Shown: in pieces, positions 61,962 through 64,000 of the stretch
How positions within the stretch are numbered: position 1 is the first letter of the stretch
Layout: each line of letters begins with the position of its first letter
IMG/VR virus record: IMGVR_UViG_3300033066_001156
Strand: one strand, 5' to 3'
DNA from: a virus
Length of the DNA: 64,000 bases
Program-made: the position numbers and the translations under genes
The notes under the pieces: model-generated
Databases searched by the model: none
Seen by the model: only the letters and a program-made list of their open reading frames with translations
Told to the model about the DNA's origin: nothing

Positions 61962-62422
61962 TCCCTATTGAGTATGTTGTGGGCGACGCTACGGATCCCC
62001 AGGGGGACGGAGTCAAGCTCATCATCCACATCGTCAACAATCGCGGTGGGTGGGGACGCGGGTTTGTGAATGCGATCTCCAAACGGTGGGATGGACCCGA
62101 GCGTGTCTACCGTGCGGACCACAAGCATGGACACCTCAACCTGGGTACCCTCACCGAGGTTCTGGTCGCCTACAACACTTTTGTCATCAACATGGTGGCC
62201 CAAGACGGATACTCCACACCTGGGAGCCCTGCCATCCGATACGATGCATTGGCCGATTGCCTGGAGAGGGTTGGGGAGGTCGCTGTGGGGCTGAAAGCTT
62301 CGGTTCATGCCCCCCGTATTGGCACGGGATTAGCTGGTGGTAAGTGGGAAATAATAGAACCTATCTTGATCCATCAACTGTCGGAGAAAAATGTAAAAGT
62401 GACCATCTATGATCTTCCTTAG
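61958..62422 (+). CDS. Macro-domain protein (ADP-ribose binding/hydrolase fold)
   Basis: VVGDATDPQGDGVKLIIHIVNNRGGWGRGFVNAI (GD.T...DAIVNAAN..L..GGGV..AI pattern) and IGTGLAGGKWE. Confidence 0.6.
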   Translation: MIPIEYVVGDATDPQGDGVKLIIHIVNNRGGWGRGFVNAISKRWDGPERVYRADHKHGHLNLGTLTEVLVAYNTFVINMVAQDGYSTPGSPAIRYDALADCLERVGEVAVGLKASVHAPRIGTGLAGGKWEIIEPILIHQLSEKNVKVTIYDLP

Positions 62423-62437
62423 CGCCGTAACATAGTC

Positions 62438-62854
62438 ATGGCAAAAACACTCAAGGTTGAATTGGAGAAGGAACTTTCTATCCTCCGCCAGCGGGTCACC
62501 GAAGATGAGGGTGAGCTTCCACTCCCCCGGTTGGAGGTTGAATTCACCCACCTAAATGCCAATACCATGGAGTCGGTTGTTCGGATTGTCACTGGCCACA
62601 TTCGAGGGGATATCTTCTCCAGCGTAGTGCTTCACCGTACAGCATATGGCACCCCTACCTCTCCTATTTCTGAGGGCATCTTTGTTCCCAGCCACGCACC
62701 ACATTTTTTTAGTTGCGACGTAGCTTTTCTTTCGGCTCATTTGAATCTCCCTGTGTTCGTCCAGGGAGTGAAGGGTACTCGGATTCGATGGGAGCAAACT
62801 GCTTCTCACCCACACCAAATCTCCTTGGGGGCGAAAGCTCGGAGGGGTCTTTGA
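62438..62854 (+). CDS. Hypothetical protein
   Basis: 138-aa ORF. Confidence 0.35.
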   Translation: MAKTLKVELEKELSILRQRVTEDEGELPLPRLEVEFTHLNANTMESVVRIVTGHIRGDIFSSVVLHRTAYGTPTSPISEGIFVPSHAPHFFSCDVAFLSAHLNLPVFVQGVKGTRIRWEQTASHPHQISLGAKARRGL

Positions 62855-62904
62855 AAAGTCCTTATTACCTAGAGCGCATTCTAGCTCACCCCAGGGCTAA
62901 GGAT

Positions 62905-63387
62905 ATGCTCAAACTGTTTCCTAATTCTAAGGAGGTGACTGAGACTTTTGGGGCCTGGGAAGCCGTTCAGAAACATTTGCCACACCTTGACCGTGCCAAT
63001 CCGGATATTGTGGCGATTGTTATTGGTGATGGTCATTCCCCCAGAACGGGAGCCCTGATTGCTATGTCTACCTCCTGGGAAGTCCACTCAATCGATCCTC
63101 TTCTCCGTCCAAAACACGTGGGGAAAATCAAACGTTTGGCCACGCACCGGGAGTGTTTCCCATCACCATCGGTGATGCAGTTTGATGGGAAAAAGGTGGT
63201 GGTTGTGGCGGTACATTCCCATGCTGGGTTCAACCCCATTTTGGACATTGAGTGTACGAGCTTGGACGCCGTAGCTATTCCTTGTTGCGTCCCCCATAAG
63301 CTACCTGGATTGACCCCCCAAGTCTATGCGGACACGGCGATATGGTCCCCTGAGCGTAATGTTCACATCTGGAAAGGGATCAAGTGA
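62905..63387 (+). CDS. Hypothetical protein
   Basis: ORF from MLKLFPNSK...; the upstream portion of the long ORF overlaps the previous gene. Confidence 0.35.
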   Translation: MLKLFPNSKEVTETFGAWEAVQKHLPHLDRANPDIVAIVIGDGHSPRTGALIAMSTSWEVHSIDPLLRPKHVGKIKRLATHRECFPSPSVMQFDGKKVVVVAVHSHAGFNPILDIECTSLDAVAIPCCVPHKLPGLTPQVYADTAIWSPERNVHIWKGIK

Positions 63388-63632
63388 GATCACTTGATTG
63401 CAGTTGCGGTAGGACCATTGTTGAACGTGGTTGGAAACTCCATTATCGGAGGTGTACTCACGCTCTCATTGCTTATAGTGATTTGAACCCATCAATCAAT
63501 TTGGCGGATGACCGCTTAGAAAAGAACCTCCCTCCAGGGTGTATCTGCCGAACGGGCAAAAGTGAGATTCTTCCGTGCATTTCATGCCGTCAATGGGCTA
63601 AAGAAAATGATAGAAAAATCCGACATCCCTAA
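63384..63632 (+). CDS. Small Cys-rich (zinc-binding) protein
   Basis: CSCG...C...H and CICRTG...CISC in an 82-aa ORF. Confidence 0.4.
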   Translation: MRSLDCSCGRTIVERGWKLHYRRCTHALIAYSDLNPSINLADDRLEKNLPPGCICRTGKSEILPCISCRQWAKENDRKIRHP

Positions 63633-64000
63633 GTCACTTGTTCATCACATCAAAGAGCACGGGCGCCCTGTACTCGGAGGTAAGTACGTTTTTGATACGG
63701 AACTTACTATCGTTATTTTGCATAACGACGGTAGGTTGGTCGTGCTCAATGACTCCGATGAAGTGTTAGCCCAAGCTACCCGCGAGGAGTGGGGGAAAGG
63801 GGAGTGGGTGACCCATACAAACTGGTTCCGTGTAAGGGATCACATCAAATGTGTGATCTATGGGGACCCATCCACGGCAAATAACCGAGTATCCAAGAAA
63901 ATCAACGAATTTCTTCGGGTTAAGTGGAGGGAGGCTCGGGGGGATGGCAGTGGTTGGAAAGACAAGTCCTTACTCACTCTTCTTGACCAGATGCATGACG
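63607..64000 (+). CDS. Hypothetical protein, 3'-partial (runs off the window)
   Basis: ATG at 63607; open frame MIEKSDIPKSLVHHIKEHGRPVLGG... to the window end. Confidence 0.4.
   Translation, partial: MIEKSDIPKSLVHHIKEHGRPVLGGKYVFDTELTIVILHNDGRLVVLNDSDEVLAQATREEWGKGEWVTHTNWFRVRDHIKCVIYGDPSTANNRVSKKINEFLRVKWREARGDGSGWKDKSLLTLLDQMHD

Noticed and set aside
1-64000. CRISPR arrays, integrase/transposase genes, rRNA genes, multisubunit RNAP subunits (NADFDGD motif)
   Set aside because: No regularly spaced direct repeats, no tyrosine/serine recombinase or DDE transposase motifs, and no RNAP beta/beta-prime signature motifs seen in any long ORF.

Overview
Dense, mostly co-directional coding with about 50% GC that reads as a large dsDNA phage or prophage genome segment, probably jumbo-phage-like. 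I find three inteins, a GIY-YIG homing endonuclease, one tRNA, a phage sigma factor, a tail-fibre-like protein and a 2493-aa giant protein. Confidently recognisable modules: (i) Replication: an SNF2-family ATPase split by an intein, a DnaB-like helicase, a CHC2 primase zinc-finger protein and a family-A DNA polymerase carrying two LAGLIDADG inteins plus a zinc-ribbon insertion. (ii) Nucleotide metabolism: thymidine kinase, a HAD-type 5'(3')-deoxyribonucleotidase and a Dam-like D12-class methyltransferase homologue that seems to lack the DPPY motif. (iii) RNA/tRNA module: tRNA-Met(CAU), tryptophanyl-tRNA synthetase, CCA-adding enzyme, an Rnl2-like RNA ligase and two paralogous receiver-fold proteins. 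(iv) Nucleotide-signalling and ADP-ribose genes: an HD-domain (p)ppGpp-hydrolase-like gene in a GC-rich patch, a CYTH-Macro gene pair after the sigma factor, and a candidate R-S-E ADP-ribosyltransferase. (v) Two paralogous anthrax-lethal-factor-like zinc-metallopeptidase-domain proteins (HExxH ... EAFxEAF); the larger one carries an N-terminal Tpt1/KptA-like HGT ART-fold domain. The most unusual structure is a tandem array of five or six mini-ORFs of about 55-95 aa, each reduced to the C-terminal RGGSW...GFRVxQxGW motif of the FGE-sulfatase fold. It sits directly upstream of the second metallopeptidase, with one dispersed copy upstream of the sigma factor. Several tandem paralogue pairs of unknown function are also present. 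All calls rest on motif reading by eye, with no database searches, so product names are hypotheses with the stated confidence.
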